Source: Candidatus Parcubacteria bacterium
GTDB taxonomy: Bacteria > Patescibacteriota > Patescibacteriia > Patescibacteriales > UBA12075
DNA: 64,000 nt
Reading direction: 5' to 3'
Assembly: GCA_963814275.1 (NCBI GenBank)
Contig: CAWFCE010000002.1
Coordinates: forward strand, 1,131,263-1,195,262
Under the pieces are notes generated by a model, which saw nothing but the letters and a program-made list of their open reading frames with translations, was not told where the DNA came from and did not search any database. Positions 8,904-19,456 of this stretch are shown here, one piece after another (positions within the stretch are counted from its first letter, which is position 1; each line of letters starts with the position of its first letter). Both the position numbers and the translations under genes were made by a program.

Positions 8904-11537
8904 ATGGATATGTTCAATAAATTCACTAACAAAACCCAGGAAGCCATTATAAACGCGCAAATTATCGCCCAGGATTATGGGCAGCAACAGATCGAAGCTC
9001 TGCACATATTGGCGTCTTTGCTGCAGCAAAGCGAAAGCCTGGTCAAGCCGATTCTGGAAAAGCTGAAGATCTCACCCGACCATTTGGAAGAGCAAGTATT
9101 CGCCAAAATCGCCAAACTGCCGAAATCCGGGCCAACGGGGCCGATCGGGACAGTACAGGGCACCGCGGAAGTGGCAATGGTGTTGGAGCGGGCTAAAAAA
9201 GAAGCGGACAAAATGGGCGATGACTATATATCGACCGAGCACTTGATGCTGGCCTTGATCGGAATCCGTTCGTCGGCCCAGGAGGTACTTATGCATCTGG
9301 GCGTCGAATATGATACTGTATTGAAAATACTGGCTGAATTGCGCGGAGCGCAAACGGTCGATACGCCGGATCCGGAAAATAAATACAAAGTTTTGGAAAA
9401 GTACGCCGTTAACCTGACTGAACAGGCACGCAAAAAAATGCTCGATCCCGTAATCGGCCGGGACAATGAAATCCGGCGTATTATGCAGGTCCTTTCCCGC
9501 AGGACCAAAAATAACCCGGTTTTGATCGGGGAGGCGGGTACGGGGAAAACCGCGATCGTAGAAGGTTTAGCGCAAAGGATCGTCAGCGGCGATGTTCCCG
9601 AAACCCTCAAAAACAAGGAAATCATATCGCTTGATCTCGGTTCGATGGTTGCCGGAGCCAAATTTCGCGGAGAATTCGAGGACCGCTTGAAGGCCGTCCT
9701 AAAAGAAATCAAAGCCCATGAAGGCAAGCTGATACTTTTTATCGACGAATTGCATACGCTGGTGGGAGCCGGCGCGTCCGAGGGTTCTATGGACGCGTCC
9801 AATATGCTGAAGCCGGCGCTGTCCCGCGGTGAATTGCGGGCTATCGGCGCCACCACCACCAGGGAGTATCAAAAGTATATCGAGCGTGATGCCGCCCTTG
9901 AGCGACGCTTCCAGCCGATCTATGTGGCGGAGCCGTCCATCGAGGATACGATAGCGATCTTACGCGGTATTAAAGAAAAATACGAAGTGCACCATGGGGT
10001 AAGAATTACCGACGATGCCATCATATCGGCGGCCAAGCTGTCGGCTCGCTATATCACTGACCGCTTTCTTCCCGACAAAGCGGTTGACCTGATCGATGAA
10101 GCGACCTCGGCATTGCGCATGGAAATCGATTCCATGCCCGAGGACCTGGACAGCCTTAAACGTGAGATCAAACGGTTGGAGATCGAAAAGGCCGGCCTGA
10201 AACACGATAAAAAGAATACCGGAAAAACGAAATCCCTGAACAAAAAACTGGCCCAATTGAAAGAACAATCGAACCAGCTGGAATTGCACTGGAATAATGA
10301 AAAATCCATCATTTCCCGGATAAGCGCCACCAAGAAGGAAATCGACGGCCTTAAGGCAAAAGCCGAGATCATCGAACGGCGCGGCGACGACCTGACGCAA
10401 GTAGCGGAAATACGCTACGACAAGATCCCCTCGCTCGAAAAAGATGTCAAAAAACACGAAAAAGCACTGGCTGATATACAGAAAAACGGCCAACGGATAC
10501 TGAAAGAAGAGATCGACGAAGAAGATATCGCCAAAGTAGTCTCTCGCTGGACCGGCATTCCGGTGTCCAAAATGCTGGAGTCGGAGATCAAGAAACTGGC
10601 TAAGGCCGAAATCGAGCTTAAAAAACGGGTAAAGGGCCAGGACGAAGCCATAACTTCGGTGGCTAACGCCCTGCGTCGTTCTCGCGCCGGGATCGGCGAG
10701 GAACAAAAACCGATTGGCTCTTTCCTCTTTGTCGGTCCGACCGGCGTCGGTAAAACCGAACTTGCCAAAACATTGGCCGGATTCATGTTCAATGACGAAG
10801 CCGCCCTGGTCCGCCTTGATATGAGCGAATTTATGGAAAAACATTCGGTGGCCAAGATAATCGGCTCTCCTCCCGGTTATGTCGGTTATGACGAAGGCGG
10901 ACAATTGACGGAAAAGATCCGACGCCGCCCCTATAGCGTGGTATTATTCGACGAAATCGAAAAAGCCCATCCGGAAGTGTTTAATATACTTCTGCAAATA
11001 TTAGATGACGGGCGCCTGACCGACTCCAAGGGTCGGGTGGTTAATTTCAAGAATACGATAATAATTATGACATCGAATCTAGGCAATGAAGTCATCAAGC
11101 AATATTCGATCGGATTCTCCGACGGGAGCGACGAAGTCAAGCAGAAAGAATACCGGAACGAAGAAATGAAAGAAAAAATAGACAAAATCCTTAAGGAACA
11201 TTTCAAATTGGAATTTTTGAACCGTATCGATGAAATCGTCATTTTCAAGAGCCTGGATCCGAAGTCGCTCGAACAGATCGTGGATCTGGAACTTGCCAAA
11301 GTGGAGAAACGGCTGTTCGACCAGAATATCACTTTGAAAATCGCCAACCGGATCAAGCATCATTTGGCGAAAAAAGGCTATGACACCACCTTTGGCGCCC
11401 GGCCCATAAAACGTCTGATACAAAACATGATTCTGGATGAATTAGCGCTTGATATTATTGAGGGAAAAATAAAAGATGGCGATAAAGTCACTATTGATAT
11501 GGGACTAAAGAATAATCTCCTGGTTAACGTCAAATAA
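8904..11537 (+). CDS. clpB: ATP-dependent chaperone ClpB
   Basis: 877 aa with a Clp N domain, two AAA+ modules ([18 protein letters not shown]) and a long middle coiled coil. Confidence 0.97.
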   Translation: MDMFNKFTNKTQEAIINAQIIAQDYGQQQIEALHILASLLQQSESLVKPILEKLKISPDHLEEQVFAKIAKLPKSGPTGPIGTVQGTAEVAMVLERAKKEADKMGDDYISTEHLMLALIGIRSSAQEVLMHLGVEYDTVLKILAELRGAQTVDTPDPENKYKVLEKYAVNLTEQARKKMLDPVIGRDNEIRRIMQVLSRRTKNNPVLIGEAGTGKTAIVEGLAQRIVSGDVPETLKNKEIISLDLGSMVAGAKFRGEFEDRLKAVLKEIKAHEGKLILFIDELHTLVGAGASEGSMDASNMLKPALSRGELRAIGATTTREYQKYIERDAALERRFQPIYVAEPSIEDTIAILRGIKEKYEVHHGVRITDDAIISAAKLSARYITDRFLPDKAVDLIDEATSALRMEIDSMPEDLDSLKREIKRLEIEKAGLKHDKKNTGKTKSLNKKLAQLKEQSNQLELHWNNEKSIISRISATKKEIDGLKAKAEIIERRGDDLTQVAEIRYDKIPSLEKDVKKHEKALADIQKNGQRILKEEIDEEDIAKVVSRWTGIPVSKMLESEIKKLAKAEIELKKRVKGQDEAITSVANALRRSRAGIGEEQKPIGSFLFVGPTGVGKTELAKTLAGFMFNDEAALVRLDMSEFMEKHSVAKIIGSPPGYVGYDEGGQLTEKIRRRPYSVVLFDEIEKAHPEVFNILLQILDDGRLTDSKGRVVNFKNTIIIMTSNLGNEVIKQYSIGFSDGSDEVKQKEYRNEEMKEKIDKILKEHFKLEFLNRIDEIVIFKSLDPKSLEQIVDLELAKVEKRLFDQNITLKIANRIKHHLAKKGYDTTFGARPIKRLIQNMILDELALDIIEGKIKDGDKVTIDMGLKNNLLVNVK

Positions 11538-11566
11538 GTATTTGACAGCCTCTTGTCTAGCACAAT

Positions 11567-11597
11567 AAAACCCCCCGTTATCGAAACGGGGGGTTTT
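11567..11597. terminator. Bidirectional rho-independent terminator
   Basis: AAAA-CCCCCCGTT-ATCGA-AACGGGGGG-TTTT, between convergent clpB and the DUF5679 gene. Confidence 0.85.
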
Positions 11598-11624
11598 GGA
11601 ATACGTCAAACTCGCCGAAAAATA

Positions 11625-11780
11625 TTATTTGTTGGGCATTATCCGGAACATTGTCGTGCCGCAAACCGGGCATGTTCCTTTCATGGCTCGGCGGACTTTA
11701 CCGCCCTTGCCTTTCATTTCCACTTCAGCCGGATCCTTCATTTCCTGTTTAGCTTTGCATTTTACGCAATATGCTTCCAT
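11625..11780 (-). CDS. Small zinc-ribbon protein, DUF5679-like (51 aa)
   Basis: Not in the ORF track (<60 aa). MEAYCVKCKAKQEMKDPAEVEMKGKGGKVRRAMKGTCPVCGTTMFRIMPNK, with CxxC...CxxC and a GT.MFRI ending typical of this family. Confidence 0.75.
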   Translation of the reverse strand: MEAYCVKCKAKQEMKDPAEVEMKGKGGKVRRAMKGTCPVCGTTMFRIMPNK

Positions 11781-12067
11781 AATTTTATGGCTTATAGCTC
11801 TTTTCGCTATAGGCGTATTATGATTAATACCTCATTAAATAGCTAAAATTAGATATTTTAATTATTTAATTTTACCTTATTCATATCTATGCTTATATTA
11901 TAGCAAAAAATCAATAAAAAATAAAGTAATTATAGCCAAAAATAATCATAACCCAAGAATCCATAATTTGTTTGATTTGTAACGGATATTTATGACTGTT
12001 TAAATCATGCCGCGATGCTTTAGCGGTAATTGCCGATTGGGCAGCTAAAGAAATCATTTTGTATATA

Positions 12068-12100
12068 ATAATACCTCGCGATATAATTGCGAGGTATTAT
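12068..12100 (-). terminator. Hairpin downstream of greA (terminator-like, weak U tract)
   Basis: 12-bp stem ATAATACCTCGC / GCGAGGTATTAT with a 9-nt loop. Confidence 0.4.
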
Positions 12101-12124
12101 TTCGTATAAAATCAATTTATTGGT

Positions 12125-12583
12125 TTATTTTACGGATATGATCGTATATTCGATATCTCCCTTGGGGGTTTCGACCGTTACCCGGTCCCCTGCTTTTTTC
12201 CCGGAAAACGAATGTCCAAGCGGAGATTCGTTAGAGATCTTACCGTTTGCCGGGTCAGCCTCATTGAAACTGACAATCGTAAACTCTCTTTTCTGGCCGT
12301 TTGACTCGACAACCAGACTCGAACCCATACCAACCACCTCTTTGCCTCCGCCATTGTCAACGACAGTAACATTCTTTAGCATTTGCGTAAGCTCCCCGAT
12401 CCGGCCTTCATTAAAGGCCTGCGCGTCCTTCGCTTCGCTATATTCGGCATTTTCGCTCAAATCCCCCATGTCTTTGGCGCGCTGAATCCTGTCCGCTATC
12501 TCTTTTCTTTTTACGTTAACAAGGTTTTCAAGCTCTTGTTTGAGCTTGTCATAACCTTCCTGAGAAATAATTTGATCGTTCAT
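12125..12583 (-). CDS. greA: Transcription elongation factor GreA
   Basis: 152 aa. GDLSENAEYSEAKDAQAF coiled-coil motif and a C-terminal FKBP-like domain. Confidence 0.95.
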   Translation of the reverse strand: MNDQIISQEGYDKLKQELENLVNVKRKEIADRIQRAKDMGDLSENAEYSEAKDAQAFNEGRIGELTQMLKNVTVVDNGGGKEVVGMGSSLVVESNGQKREFTIVSFNEADPANGKISNESPLGHSFSGKKAGDRVTVETPKGDIEYTIISVK

Positions 12584-12759
12584 AAATTAGAATATAATTA
12601 ACATAATTTTTAATATAAAGCATTTTTTAGATTTTGGCAAGTGGCAAGGTCATTTGTGGGTATAAACAGGAAATATTAATAATAGGGCTAACGAGCATAG
12701 CGGAAATATCACTGACTATATCCTTATATTGGCTCACTATTCCATAAGATAATGAAAGG

Positions 12760-12828
12760 CATAAGTAATAAGTCCGTAATCAAAATTATTAAAGTTAATA
12801 AAAGGCTTATTACCTGTGTCTTATTACT
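12760..12828. repeat. Inverted-repeat element family A, copy 1 (degenerate)
   Basis: CATAAGTAATAAGT ... CTTATTACCTGTGTCTTATTACT. The right arm supplies the last codons and stop of the 12810..14387 gene. Confidence 0.7.
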
Positions 12829-14387
12829 CCGGCATTATCCATGTTCAAATGTTCATTTATGATTTTAGCATCTTTTCCCGCCAAACAGGCGCCAGTCAAG
12901 AGCAGCCACCCTATACCCAAGGGATGATTCATATAAGGGCTAAAAATGCTGGTCGAAGCAATCGCCGCCAATCCAAGAACCGAAGCCAGAATTATTTGTC
13001 CAGTAATAGAAGCGGTTTTTCCGGCCGCCTTGAATCCAAGGCGAAGCAGCCAAATAACATAGGAAATATACCAAATTACTCCAAATAAACCAAGTTTCAG
13101 CCAAATATCAAGCCAGCCCCACTCAAAAGCATAAGTCGTATATTCACCGCTGGGGTCCGACTCCAAAATTCGCGGGTCGCTCGTATGGTATGTAACGGTG
13201 GCGCCGAAACCGAGTCCGAAAAAAGGTGAAGTTTTGATCCGCGCCATCAGCTCGGGCAACAGGGCCCAGCGGGATGACGCTCCGGCCTCTCCCGCAATAT
13301 TGGTCGCCCGATCCTGGAGCAGATTGGCCGTATTGAATCCGCCGGTCGGCCGGGGAAATGGGAATTTTACGACCAAGGCGACCAATAAAACCGATGCGAT
13401 GGAAATCGCCGCGAATGATCCGAATGCTTTCCCGGTCTTGCGCCAGCCGGCCCGGTTTGTAAAAAGCAGGTACAACGCATATACCCCCATTCCAGCCGCC
13501 AGGCCGATCCAGTTACTGCGTGAAAAACTGATGACAAGAGTACTCATGGCCAAAATCGACAAAATGGCGGTGAAAAACGCTTTTTGCCGCTCTTTCTTCT
13601 CTTCAAAATACATTGTTAAAAGATAAAACACAAAAAAACCGATCAGGGAATAAATATGGGACTGGAAGAACACCCGGTAAAAACCGCCCTTCATATTGGT
13701 TATCTCCCCGACTCCGCTTACCCGGATCCAGCGGTATAGCGGATAAAGAAGCTCGGGATCGACATGGGAAAATAAAAACAGGAGAAAGATTGTTTTTACC
13801 GCCAGCCATAATACTGCGACAATGAATGCCGGCATGAGCCATTCGAAAAGCCGGCTGTTTCCGTCCGGACCAGAGACTAACGGCAGGGTAAACAGCGGCA
13901 GCATCAATGCGAAAAACAGCCAGCCGTTAGCGTCTGGATATATATTGGCAATGCCATTGCTGTGTAAAAACCCGTTTACTGTCCCCCAAATTATAAAAAC
14001 CCCCAAAACGAGCAGAGAGCAAAATATGAGATTATTCCGGCAATATTTTTTGATTTCTTCAAAACTTATTTTGTGCCTGTACAGGGCGATGGCAAATCGA
14101 ACCAGCCAGACCGTCATAACAGCCAGCCACATAACATGGCGTAACGATATGGAAATATCACCGATACTCACAAAAAATAAATACCCTTTGGAACCGATAA
14201 ATAATTCCATAAACAAAGCCAACAGCCCATACTCGAGCCGGCGGACCGTTAAAGCCGCCACACAAACGGAAAGCAATATAAAAACCGGCCACACCAGCCA
14301 GGGTAGCAGAAAGGCGGCAAATGATACCGCCTCAAGTATTAGCATTACGGTAAATAATAATTTGATTTTTTTAATCGGTAACGGCAT
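12810..14387 (-). CDS. O-antigen ligase/polymerase family (Wzy_C-like) membrane protein
   Basis: 525 aa, more than 10 TM helices, FSRSNWIGLAAGMGVYALYL-type loop region. Confidence 0.72.
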   Translation of the reverse strand: MPLPIKKIKLLFTVMLILEAVSFAAFLLPWLVWPVFILLSVCVAALTVRRLEYGLLALFMELFIGSKGYLFFVSIGDISISLRHVMWLAVMTVWLVRFAIALYRHKISFEEIKKYCRNNLIFCSLLVLGVFIIWGTVNGFLHSNGIANIYPDANGWLFFALMLPLFTLPLVSGPDGNSRLFEWLMPAFIVAVLWLAVKTIFLLFLFSHVDPELLYPLYRWIRVSGVGEITNMKGGFYRVFFQSHIYSLIGFFVFYLLTMYFEEKKERQKAFFTAILSILAMSTLVISFSRSNWIGLAAGMGVYALYLLFTNRAGWRKTGKAFGSFAAISIASVLLVALVVKFPFPRPTGGFNTANLLQDRATNIAGEAGASSRWALLPELMARIKTSPFFGLGFGATVTYHTSDPRILESDPSGEYTTYAFEWGWLDIWLKLGLFGVIWYISYVIWLLRLGFKAAGKTASITGQIILASVLGLAAIASTSIFSPYMNHPLGIGWLLLTGACLAGKDAKIINEHLNMDNAGVIRHR

Positions 14388-14474
14388 CTTTTGCTACGGC
14401 TAATACAAAATTAACGATACTAATTCATATTGTCCGTGTTATTGGATATCGGCGCGTCAATAATATATCCCAAT

Positions 14475-14957
14475 TTACTCAGGCAATTTGATCTCGACCT
14501 TGTCTCCCGTCTTGAACCCAAGCTGGCTGGATAATCCGCCGTTCACTTCAAGGACCTTATCGACTAAGCCGGTCGAATAATATCTTTCTACCGGATTTTC
14601 CCCTTCGGGAGGAAGATTCTCGGCGATTCCTTTGATCGTATCGCCGTCTATCCAGATCATATCCAGCGGGAAATGCATGCGGCGCATTACGAATATATGC
14701 TGGCTGCTCGCGGGAAATATGAATAGCATCCCCCGCTCCCGGCCCAGCGCTTCCCGATCGGACAAGCCCTGAATCCACTCAGCCTGCTCATCGGCAACTT
14801 CAACCTGTATCGCATGGCCATTTATAATAAGGTACGGGGCTGTTTTATCGATTGTTGCCGTCCCCGGTCTCGTTCCTGTCAAAACGGCAAATAACACAAA
14901 AGCCAGCGACAAAACGGCTATGCTAACGTATGATATTTTTTTAAGCACCGAATTCAT
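14475..14957 (-). CDS. DUF192 domain protein
   Basis: GLSDRE..RGMLFIF...FVMRRMHFPLDMIWID....VLEVNGG pattern. N-terminal signal anchor. Confidence 0.8.
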   Translation of the reverse strand: MNSVLKKISYVSIAVLSLAFVLFAVLTGTRPGTATIDKTAPYLIINGHAIQVEVADEQAEWIQGLSDREALGRERGMLFIFPASSQHIFVMRRMHFPLDMIWIDGDTIKGIAENLPPEGENPVERYYSTGLVDKVLEVNGGLSSQLGFKTGDKVEIKLPE

Positions 14958-15655
14958 ATAATAATATTATGTTTTTTTTGCACGATCATGATCGCTTTTT
15001 TGTATTTCCTGACGCTAGGCAAAAAAGGCAGCCAGCGGTAGCTAAAACGCGGCACCCAGCTCGAATAAACGCCGCCCGGCAAATAAGTAAACAATACTTT
15101 ATCGACCCAAACCCCCTCCCAGCCGTTTTTAACTACAGTTAGCCAAAAATCCCAGTCCTGAAGTTTGTTCAAATTCTCGTCCCAGCCCTTATCCGGAAAA
15201 GCTTCCCGCCGCATCAGCGATGTGGAATGGATATAAGGAATAGACTTGAGCTTATCGGCATCAAACGGCCAGAATCGGAACAATTTGTGGCCGTAACGAT
15301 GCGAGCAGTAAACGAACCCGGCCTTAGGATTGCCGTGGAGCGTCTTCAGCATAATTTCAAGCATTTCCGGGATCATTATGACATCTGCGTCACAAAACAA
15401 AAGAAATTCACCACGCGCCTTTTTACGGCCTTTATTTCGCGAATACGACGCACCGTGGTTTGACTGATTGTTCATTATTTCCATTCTGATGCCAAGGTTG
15501 TGCTTGAACGGAAGAACCACCGAATTCATCGGAGTGGTCGAACGGTCATTTACGAGAATAATCTCGTAGTTGTCATAAGTCTGCTTTTGGATCGAATCAA
15601 GACATTTTTTCAGCTGTCTCGGCTGGTTATATACGGGAATAATTATTGAGATCAT
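14954..15655 (-). CDS. Glycosyltransferase family 2
   Basis: ISIIIPVYNQ..L..CLDSIQKQTY.NYEIILVNDRS and a DAD motif. ATGA overlap with the DUF192 gene. Confidence 0.87.
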   Translation of the reverse strand: MISIIIPVYNQPRQLKKCLDSIQKQTYDNYEIILVNDRSTTPMNSVVLPFKHNLGIRMEIMNNQSNHGASYSRNKGRKKARGEFLLFCDADVIMIPEMLEIMLKTLHGNPKAGFVYCSHRYGHKLFRFWPFDADKLKSIPYIHSTSLMRREAFPDKGWDENLNKLQDWDFWLTVVKNGWEGVWVDKVLFTYLPGGVYSSWVPRFSYRWLPFLPSVRKYKKAIMIVQKKHNIII

Positions 15656-15820
15656 ACGTTTATAATTTATATAATTATTAAAATATTTTTGCTTAAAGAA
15701 TTCTCAACAAAGTTATGTAAAATTACGAATGCCAAATCCTAAAATGCAAATTGATTACATGATTTAATATAAACTCCCGAATAGCTGTTCAAGGCTGCGG
15801 CTATGAACAGCCAAAAGTAG

Positions 15821-16906
15821 CTAATCGTTTTTATCCAAGATACTGCGGAAAAGTTTTGCCTGGGTGTTCCAATTGAATTGTTCGAGGGCGCGTTTCATGC
15901 CTTCTTCGCCTAGCCGGTCGCGCAGCTCAATATCGGTATATAAGTGGAAGATTGTCTCCTTGATATCGTCCGGCGAACTGCCGTCAACCAAGATCCCGGT
16001 GTCATAATCGTCAATCGCCTCCACTGCTCCACTCTCGTTCCCGCCGATAACCGGTTTTCCGGACAAGCTCGCTTCCAAAAACACTATCCCAAATCCTTCT
16101 ACGTCGCCGCCACGGTTGCGGTCCGGCATGGCGAATATCTGGCAGCGCCTTAGCCAATACCATTTTTCTTCGTCGTCTATTCTCCCCAGGAATTCTACCC
16201 GGTCCCTTACCGCCGGTTTGAGTGAACCTTTCAGCGTTTTCAGATATTCTTCATCGGGCCCTTCTCCCGCAATATAATATTTTATATTGGGAATATTTTT
16301 ATATAACCATGGCATCACTTTTATCACCTGGTCGAATCCTTTGCGCTTAACCAGCCGGCCCAGGCTGAAAATAACAAAATCCCGCTCTGACCCAGGAAAA
16401 TTTCTTCCGCTGTTTTCGACGCTATAAACCGGCTGCACCACTCCCGGATATACCACGCGGAGCTTTTCGTCGACTGGCGGTAAAAATTCTTCTACCAGGC
16501 CGCGGGTGAATTCACTGTTGCAAATTATGCACTTAGCGCCATACAATATCTTTTTCGCCAGCCATCGTTTTTTCTCGGTATGCTGCGCGCAGTTGATATC
16601 CATGCCATGGATCACAACGGTATATTTCAGCGGACGAATTTTCGAAACCAGCCACACGATAGTTCCCAAAGGCAAAATTTGGCCGACTATGACCTGCTCG
16701 AAATTCCCCCTTTTTAACTCAGACCAAAACATTCTTAAAGCAGGCAGCCACTTCACCGGCCCGCGGCGGCGGAAAAATCTATTATCATTATTATTAAGCA
16801 CATTAATTTCGCCCTTATTCGGCCAATACTTAACCAGATTCGCATAATACTCGGCTACTCCGCCTTTGAATGGGGCATAGTCCATTGTAAACAATAATAT
16901 TTTCAT
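15821..16906 (-). CDS. Glycosyltransferase family 4 (GT-B)
   Basis: 361 aa. C-terminal E..GIVFLEA...GKPVIG motif. Confidence 0.85.
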   Translation of the reverse strand: MKILLFTMDYAPFKGGVAEYYANLVKYWPNKGEINVLNNNDNRFFRRRGPVKWLPALRMFWSELKRGNFEQVIVGQILPLGTIVWLVSKIRPLKYTVVIHGMDINCAQHTEKKRWLAKKILYGAKCIICNSEFTRGLVEEFLPPVDEKLRVVYPGVVQPVYSVENSGRNFPGSERDFVIFSLGRLVKRKGFDQVIKVMPWLYKNIPNIKYYIAGEGPDEEYLKTLKGSLKPAVRDRVEFLGRIDDEEKWYWLRRCQIFAMPDRNRGGDVEGFGIVFLEASLSGKPVIGGNESGAVEAIDDYDTGILVDGSSPDDIKETIFHLYTDIELRDRLGEEGMKRALEQFNWNTQAKLFRSILDKND

Positions 16907-16951
16907 TTTAATTTATCGTTATGGTCTTCATGCTTATTGAATAAATATATC

Positions 16952-18397
16952 TTACACTGCCTTCTTTTTCCCGATGAACGCATTGAGTATGCTGGCGACA
17001 TCGTCACGGCGAAAACCGCCGAACAGATAAAGGATGCAGAAATACAACAAACCGCCGATAGGAACAGCAACAAAAATAGTTGTAAGTGATTTCAGGAAAT
17101 AAACCGCTCCAGCCATCAAAATAGCGGCCGGCAGGGAGCGGAAAAGTACGCTCAGGATCTTTCCGTAGCGGATCTTGACGACTCTTGACACGCTTTGGAG
17201 CCCCAAGGCCAGCATCAAAAAATTTGTGGCAAATACGGTTATGCTGGCGCCGGTCGCCTGCAGCCGGGGAATCAATATCAAATTCAAAATAATACTAACC
17301 GTCACTGTAATGGACATATTTAAGGTATTGCGCTTTTGGCGGTCACAGGCATTAAGCAGGGAACCGACGGGAAAATTCAAAAATATGAATATTAATGACC
17401 CGATAATTATCTGCAGCGGCAAAACCGCATCGCTGTATTCGGGCTTGAACAAATTGATAATACTGCGGGCCAATACCGAAATCCCCAAACTGATCGGCAA
17501 GCTTATTATTATGAGATAATTCATTGCCCTCTCAAAAGTAATCGCCAATTGCTCGCGATTGTGCTGCCAATATGAAGAAAAGGCGGGGTACAATGAAGCG
17601 ATAAAAGCCATCGGCAGGAATTGCAGGGCGAATATTATCTTAAAAGCTATCTGGTATATACCGACAGCGCGGTCACCGGCCATAATGGACAAAAGCACCG
17701 TATCCAGATACATATATATTCGCTGGAATATACCATACATGGCGAAAGGCAAAGCGATCAGAATTATGGATTTCATTAACACCTTATCCCAGCGGGGACG
17801 GAATGATATTTTGAATTTAAAAAGTAAAAATCCCAGCGAATATAGCAGGTTAAAGATGCTTGAGGCCACCAATGCCATGATTATCCAGGGCAGGGAGAGC
17901 TCCAGGCGTAATGCCACTATCCCCCACCCCAAAGCAATTACCATGAACATAATGCTGGAAATGCTTTCATACTTTAGATTATGGAAACCGCGGATTACGC
18001 TGAAAAAACTCATCGTGAATGAATCGAGCACCATTGAAATGGAAGACAGGTATACCAAGGTCCTGGTTAACGACGGATAACCGAGCACATTGACCATTAA
18101 GGCGGTCGCGCTAATGGCCAAAACCGCTAACGGTAGTTTAAACGCCATTATCACACCCAATAGCGATCCGGACCTTTCTTGGTTTTTAGCCACTTCCCTG
18201 GTCAGGACATTAGAAAGCCCGAAATCAATGAAAATCGCGAAGATGGAAGTGAAGCTGATGGCCAGATAGTATTTGCCGAGATCTTCGGGGATAAGGTAAT
18301 TGGCCAGAATGGTAAAATAGGTAAAACTAAGTATTTTCTGGATTACCAGGGCAATCGTAAAATATGAGGTATTTTTGGCGATGTTGGTGACTTTCAT
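16952..18397 (-). CDS. Polysaccharide flippase (Wzx/MOP superfamily)
   Basis: 481 aa, about 12-14 TM helices. Typical N-terminal KNTSYFTIALVIQKILSF. Confidence 0.8.
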   Translation of the reverse strand: MKVTNIAKNTSYFTIALVIQKILSFTYFTILANYLIPEDLGKYYLAISFTSIFAIFIDFGLSNVLTREVAKNQERSGSLLGVIMAFKLPLAVLAISATALMVNVLGYPSLTRTLVYLSSISMVLDSFTMSFFSVIRGFHNLKYESISSIMFMVIALGWGIVALRLELSLPWIIMALVASSIFNLLYSLGFLLFKFKISFRPRWDKVLMKSIILIALPFAMYGIFQRIYMYLDTVLLSIMAGDRAVGIYQIAFKIIFALQFLPMAFIASLYPAFSSYWQHNREQLAITFERAMNYLIIISLPISLGISVLARSIINLFKPEYSDAVLPLQIIIGSLIFIFLNFPVGSLLNACDRQKRNTLNMSITVTVSIILNLILIPRLQATGASITVFATNFLMLALGLQSVSRVVKIRYGKILSVLFRSLPAAILMAGAVYFLKSLTTIFVAVPIGGLLYFCILYLFGGFRRDDVASILNAFIGKKKAV

Positions 18398-18525
18398 AGC
18401 GGAATATACTACCGGCTTATGCGATTAAATTAGTAACTAATTATTGAGAGGCTTAGTTAATTATACTATTTTTTGACTTGTTTTTCAATTTTTAACTTAG
18501 TGTAAATAACTAACGATATTATTTC

Positions 18526-18564
18526 AAAAATAAAAGTACGTTTGATTTCAATCAAACGTACTTT
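18526..18564 (-). terminator. Rho-independent terminator after rpsI
   Basis: 14-bp stem AAAGTACGTTTGAT / ATCAAACGTACTTT with a TTCA loop. U-rich tail on the minus strand. Confidence 0.75.
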
Positions 18565-18590
18565 ATATAATAAAACTAACTTCCGAATAA

Positions 18591-19040
18591 CTAGCGTTTT
18601 GACCATTGCGGCGCGCGGCGGGCCTTCTTGAGACCCGGTTTCTTACGTTCTTTTTTGCGGGCGTCGCGTGTTACCCAGCCTTTGCTTCTCAATGCCGGCT
18701 TCAGGTCTTCCTGCATCTCGATCAGAGCGCGGGTAATTCCATGCCTGATTGCTTCGGCCTGGCCCTTTTTTCCGCCTCCGTTGACGGCTACGGAAATATT
18801 CAAATCTTTGACAAAACCGGTAAGCTTCAAGGGCTGCCTGACCAGGTTAAGCAACTGTGACGGCAGGTATTCTTTGGCGGGAAGTCCGTTTACCTGGATC
18901 GCGCCAGTCCCTTTTTTGTATATTCTAACGCTGGCTACCGCGGTTTTGCGGCGTCCAACGGCCACTATATAACGCCCTTTGAATTTTGCCGCTTCATCGG
19001 TTTCCACTGGCGTAATGTTTTCTTGTGTATTTTCGCTCAT
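18591..19040 (-). CDS. rpsI: 30S ribosomal protein S9
   Basis: GGGKKGQAEAIRHGITRAL and a C-terminal KKARRAPQWSKR. Confidence 0.96.
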   Translation of the reverse strand: MSENTQENITPVETDEAAKFKGRYIVAVGRRKTAVASVRIYKKGTGAIQVNGLPAKEYLPSQLLNLVRQPLKLTGFVKDLNISVAVNGGGKKGQAEAIRHGITRALIEMQEDLKPALRSKGWVTRDARKKERKKPGLKKARRAPQWSKR

Positions 19041-19074
19041 GTCTATTTTGATTGATTTAATAGTATTAAAAAAA

Positions 19075-19431
19075 TTATCTTATGATCAAACGTTTCAGCA
19101 TTTGCGTGCGGAACCTGACCGGAGGCAGCATTTCCTTTACTGCCCGCTTAAGCAACTCGCCGGGATTTTTGGCGTAGATATCTTTGGCTGCGGTTTTTTT
19201 AAGACCGCCCGGATAACCGGAATAATGATAATATTGTTTTTGCTCTATTTTTTTGCCGGTAAAAGCCAGCTGATCGATATTATTCACTTCGACTATATCG
19301 CCGCAATCCATGTTAGGCTGAAATTCCGGTTTGTTTTTGCCGCGAAGCAATATGGCAACCTGGCTGCCGATCCGTCCCAATGATTGGCCGGCGGCGTCAA
19401 TCGTGTGAATTTTTCTTTCAATCTTAGACAT
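19075..19431 (-). CDS. rplM: 50S ribosomal protein L13 (short, 118 aa)
   Basis: IDAAGQSLGRIGSQVAILLRGKNKPEF and YYHYSGYPGG. Confidence 0.95.
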   Translation of the reverse strand: MSKIERKIHTIDAAGQSLGRIGSQVAILLRGKNKPEFQPNMDCGDIVEVNNIDQLAFTGKKIEQKQYYHYSGYPGGLKKTAAKDIYAKNPGELLKRAVKEMLPPVRFRTQMLKRLIIR

Positions 19432-19456
19432 ATTCTTATATATAAGCGATCTGATA

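Noticed and set aside
9224-10904. Long minus-strand ORFs inside clpB (9224..9859, 9960..10904 and others)
   Set aside because: They are antisense shadows of a highly conserved gene and have low-complexity, unbiased composition. The same reasoning applies to the long antisense ORFs inside the P-type ATPase, ABC exporter, ftsW, T4CP-like gene, dinB and lepA.
11553-11846. Plus-strand ORFs 11553..11846 and 11596..11823 downstream of clpB
   Set aside because: They lie after the clpB terminator and have odd composition. They are exactly antisense to a much more convincing conserved-type zinc-ribbon mini-gene (11625..11780, minus strand).
12068-12100. Second dif-like site, because its arms AATACCTCGC/GCGAGGTATT resemble those at 946-979
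   Set aside because: The spacing between the conserved cores is 9 nt instead of 14, so it does not fit the 11-6-11 register. It sits where a greA terminator hairpin is expected. It remains a caveat for the dif interpretation.
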